A stretch of DNA of 37,841 nt from IMG/VR virus record IMGVR_UViG_3300042974_000004; one strand, given 5' to 3'. Positions within the stretch are counted from its first letter, which is position 1. Each line of letters opens with the position of its first letter. This stretch comes from a virus. Taxonomy: Duplodnaviria > Caudoviricetes. The notes beneath the pieces were generated by a model. The model did not search any database. It saw nothing but the letters and a program-made list of their open reading frames with translations, and was not told where the DNA came from. The position numbers were made by a program, and so were the translations under genes. Below are positions 36,350-37,841 of this stretch, in pieces.

Positions 36350-36392
36350 GGCAAAATAGGAGCTAGAGATAGCTTTTTTATTTTGCCTTTTT
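36350..36392 (+). terminator. Stem-loop terminator before the lysis module
   Basis: GGCAAAATAGGAGCTA-GAGA-TAGCTTTTTTATTTTGCC followed by a T tract. Confidence 0.7.
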
Positions 36393-36405
36393 AAGGAGGC
36401 TAGAG

Positions 36406-36630
36406 ATGGAAAATGAAATATTTAAAATGGCAGTACAGCAGGGTATATGGGCCATGCTGTTTATTTTTATACTTATCTATGTGTTGAAGGAACAGAGGGA
36501 AAGGGATGAAAAGGCAGGGGAAAGAGAGGCAAATTACCAGAGCATCATAGCAAAACTCACTGATAGGCTTAAAGCTATGGATGATATCGGTGAGGATGTA
36601 AAAGAAATAAAAAACAAAATATTTAAATAA
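36406..36630 (+). CDS. BhlA/UviB-family holin-like peptide
   Basis: QQGIWAMLFIFILIYVLKE..RE..YQ.II.KL. Confidence 0.88.
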   Translation: MENEIFKMAVQQGIWAMLFIFILIYVLKEQRERDEKAGEREANYQSIIAKLTDRLKAMDDIGEDVKEIKNKIFK

Positions 36631-36643
36631 GGAGGAAAATTAA

Positions 36644-37408
36644 ATGCTAATAACATACGATTTCGGGCATGGTACCGGACAGGATAGGGGTGCGAATGGA
36701 TATCGAAATGAGGAACATGACTGCAGGGAATATGGCGCACTTGTAATACAAAAGTTACAGAAGCTAGGGCATACCTGCTATAACTGTACACCTTCAGCTA
36801 GTCCGCCACTTACACTTGGGCAAAGCCTCGCCTATAGAGTGAACAAAGCTAATTCAATAGGTTCTCAATTACATTTATGTTTTCATGTAAATGCTTTCCA
36901 GACAGATAAGGCCACAGGATGCGAGGTAGAGTATGCTAGTTCTTCAGGACAGGCTTATGCATCTAAGGTATCAGCAGAGATTGCTTCAGGCTTAGGATTA
37001 ACCAATAGGGGAGCTAAAAATCAACCAGGACTGTATGTACTTAGGCACACGGCCATGACAGCAATATTGGTTGAGCCATTTTTCTGTGACAATAAAAATG
37101 ACTGTAATAAATACAATGCAGAAAAGCTGGCAACGGCTATAGTTAAAGGCATTACAGGACAGACGATATCAAGCGGGGAACAAACTACATCTACAGCACA
37201 GGCAGTACCAAACTATGATACCAGTATTCCAACAGGAGCAAATATATTCCCGATACCAAACACACCATTCTACATTGAGAAAAGAACGGATGGTGATATG
37301 GGAATACATCTGGACAGGGGCAATTATCTTACTCTTAGAAAGGGTGGAGCACCTGTAGTAGTTTATAACAATAATAAAGGTCAAGGCGGCTCTAAAGTAT
37401 TATTTTAA
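36644..37408 (+). CDS. Endolysin, N-acetylmuramoyl-L-alanine amidase (Amidase_3)
   Basis: DFGHG, E, FHVNA, LYVLRHT.M.AILVE.FF.DN..D; S/T/Q linker and short C-terminal domain. Confidence 0.93.
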   Translation: MLITYDFGHGTGQDRGANGYRNEEHDCREYGALVIQKLQKLGHTCYNCTPSASPPLTLGQSLAYRVNKANSIGSQLHLCFHVNAFQTDKATGCEVEYASSSGQAYASKVSAEIASGLGLTNRGAKNQPGLYVLRHTAMTAILVEPFFCDNKNDCNKYNAEKLATAIVKGITGQTISSGEQTTSTAQAVPNYDTSIPTGANIFPIPNTPFYIEKRTDGDMGIHLDRGNYLTLRKGGAPVVVYNNNKGQGGSKVLF

Positions 37409-37433
37409 TAAAAATTTATGGAGGTAATATATT

Positions 37434-37841
37434 ATGGAAAATATAACAAGTATAATTGCACAAGGTGTTTTAAGCATTGCAGGGGCGTTAGCCTCTTATT
37501 TTATTGCGGTAGGTGTTACTTATCTAAAAAAGAAAAAAGAGGCTTTAATAAATCAATTAGGAGTAGACCAATACAATAAGGATTATAAACTTGCACAGGA
37601 TATATTCTATATAGTGGAACAGCAGTTTAAATTTATACCAAATGCTGGGGAGCAAAAAGCAGATGCATTTAATAAATTATTGAGCGAAAAAATTCCTGGG
37701 ATATCTCAAGAGGAGTTAGACCATTTTAGAGAGGCTATTGTAGGAAAAATAAATACAGAGGTTAAGAGTTCTAATATATTAGCTCCTGCCTTTGTGGATG
37801 GTAAGGACGTATCAGATGTAGTACAGCCAGTACAGAAATAA
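37434..37841 (+). CDS. Phage holin (LL-H-like)
   Basis: Single N-terminal TM; VEQ....GEQK...; follows the endolysin. Confidence 0.75.
   Translation: MENITSIIAQGVLSIAGALASYFIAVGVTYLKKKKEALINQLGVDQYNKDYKLAQDIFYIVEQQFKFIPNAGEQKADAFNKLLSEKIPGISQEELDHFREAIVGKINTEVKSSNILAPAFVDGKDVSDVVQPVQK

Larger units (their letters stand above)
1..37841. mobile_element. Temperate siphovirus-like prophage (Clostridium-type), integrase through lysis module
   Basis: Colinear lysogeny, replication, packaging, head, tail and lysis modules; low GC; GGAGG-type RBSs; long tape measure and no sheath gene recognised. att sites not in window. Confidence 0.95.

Noticed and set aside
37150-37230. Internal translation start for a separate endolysin binding domain, as in some clostridial lysins
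   Set aside because: No suitably spaced RBS and in-frame start codon were found in the linker.
1-37841. att sites, tRNA or rRNA genes, IS elements
   Set aside because: The window ends at the int and holin stop codons so att cores lie outside; no cloverleaf, rRNA-like or transposase sequence was recognised.

Overview
The window is a near-complete temperate, long-tailed (siphovirus-like) prophage of a low-GC Firmicute, most likely a Clostridium, running from integrase to holin. The att sites are not visible. Module order: tyrosine integrase, ImmA-like metallopeptidase, ImmR-like repressor | divergent switch with palindromic operators | cro-like and early genes, ParB-like gene, RecT, YopX, PD-(D/E)XK exonuclease, HD protein, SSB, NUMOD4-HNH, ERCC4 nuclease, primase-helicase, iteron-like GTTACC repeats | RinA/ArpU-like late activator, terS, a membrane-protein moron, terL, portal, MuF, scaffold, capsid, connectors | tail genes, tape measure with SLT domain, Dit, Tal, fibres | holin-amidase-holin. 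Most notable observations: (1) an unannotated antisense cassette at ~10013-10210 with an extended -10 promoter, a strong RBS, a 34-aa hydrophobic peptide and 5'/3' end pairing, resembling a type I toxin mRNA; (2) a MuF head protein with a C-terminal JAB-like domain, followed by a small possible immunity ORF and a DUF2829/Tad2-like gene; (3) a tail-completion gene split at TTT-CCC-TAA, a known +1 frameshift context; (4) an HNH gene that appears to have taken over the start of the ERCC4 gene. All family calls come from motif recognition by eye; no database searches were run.
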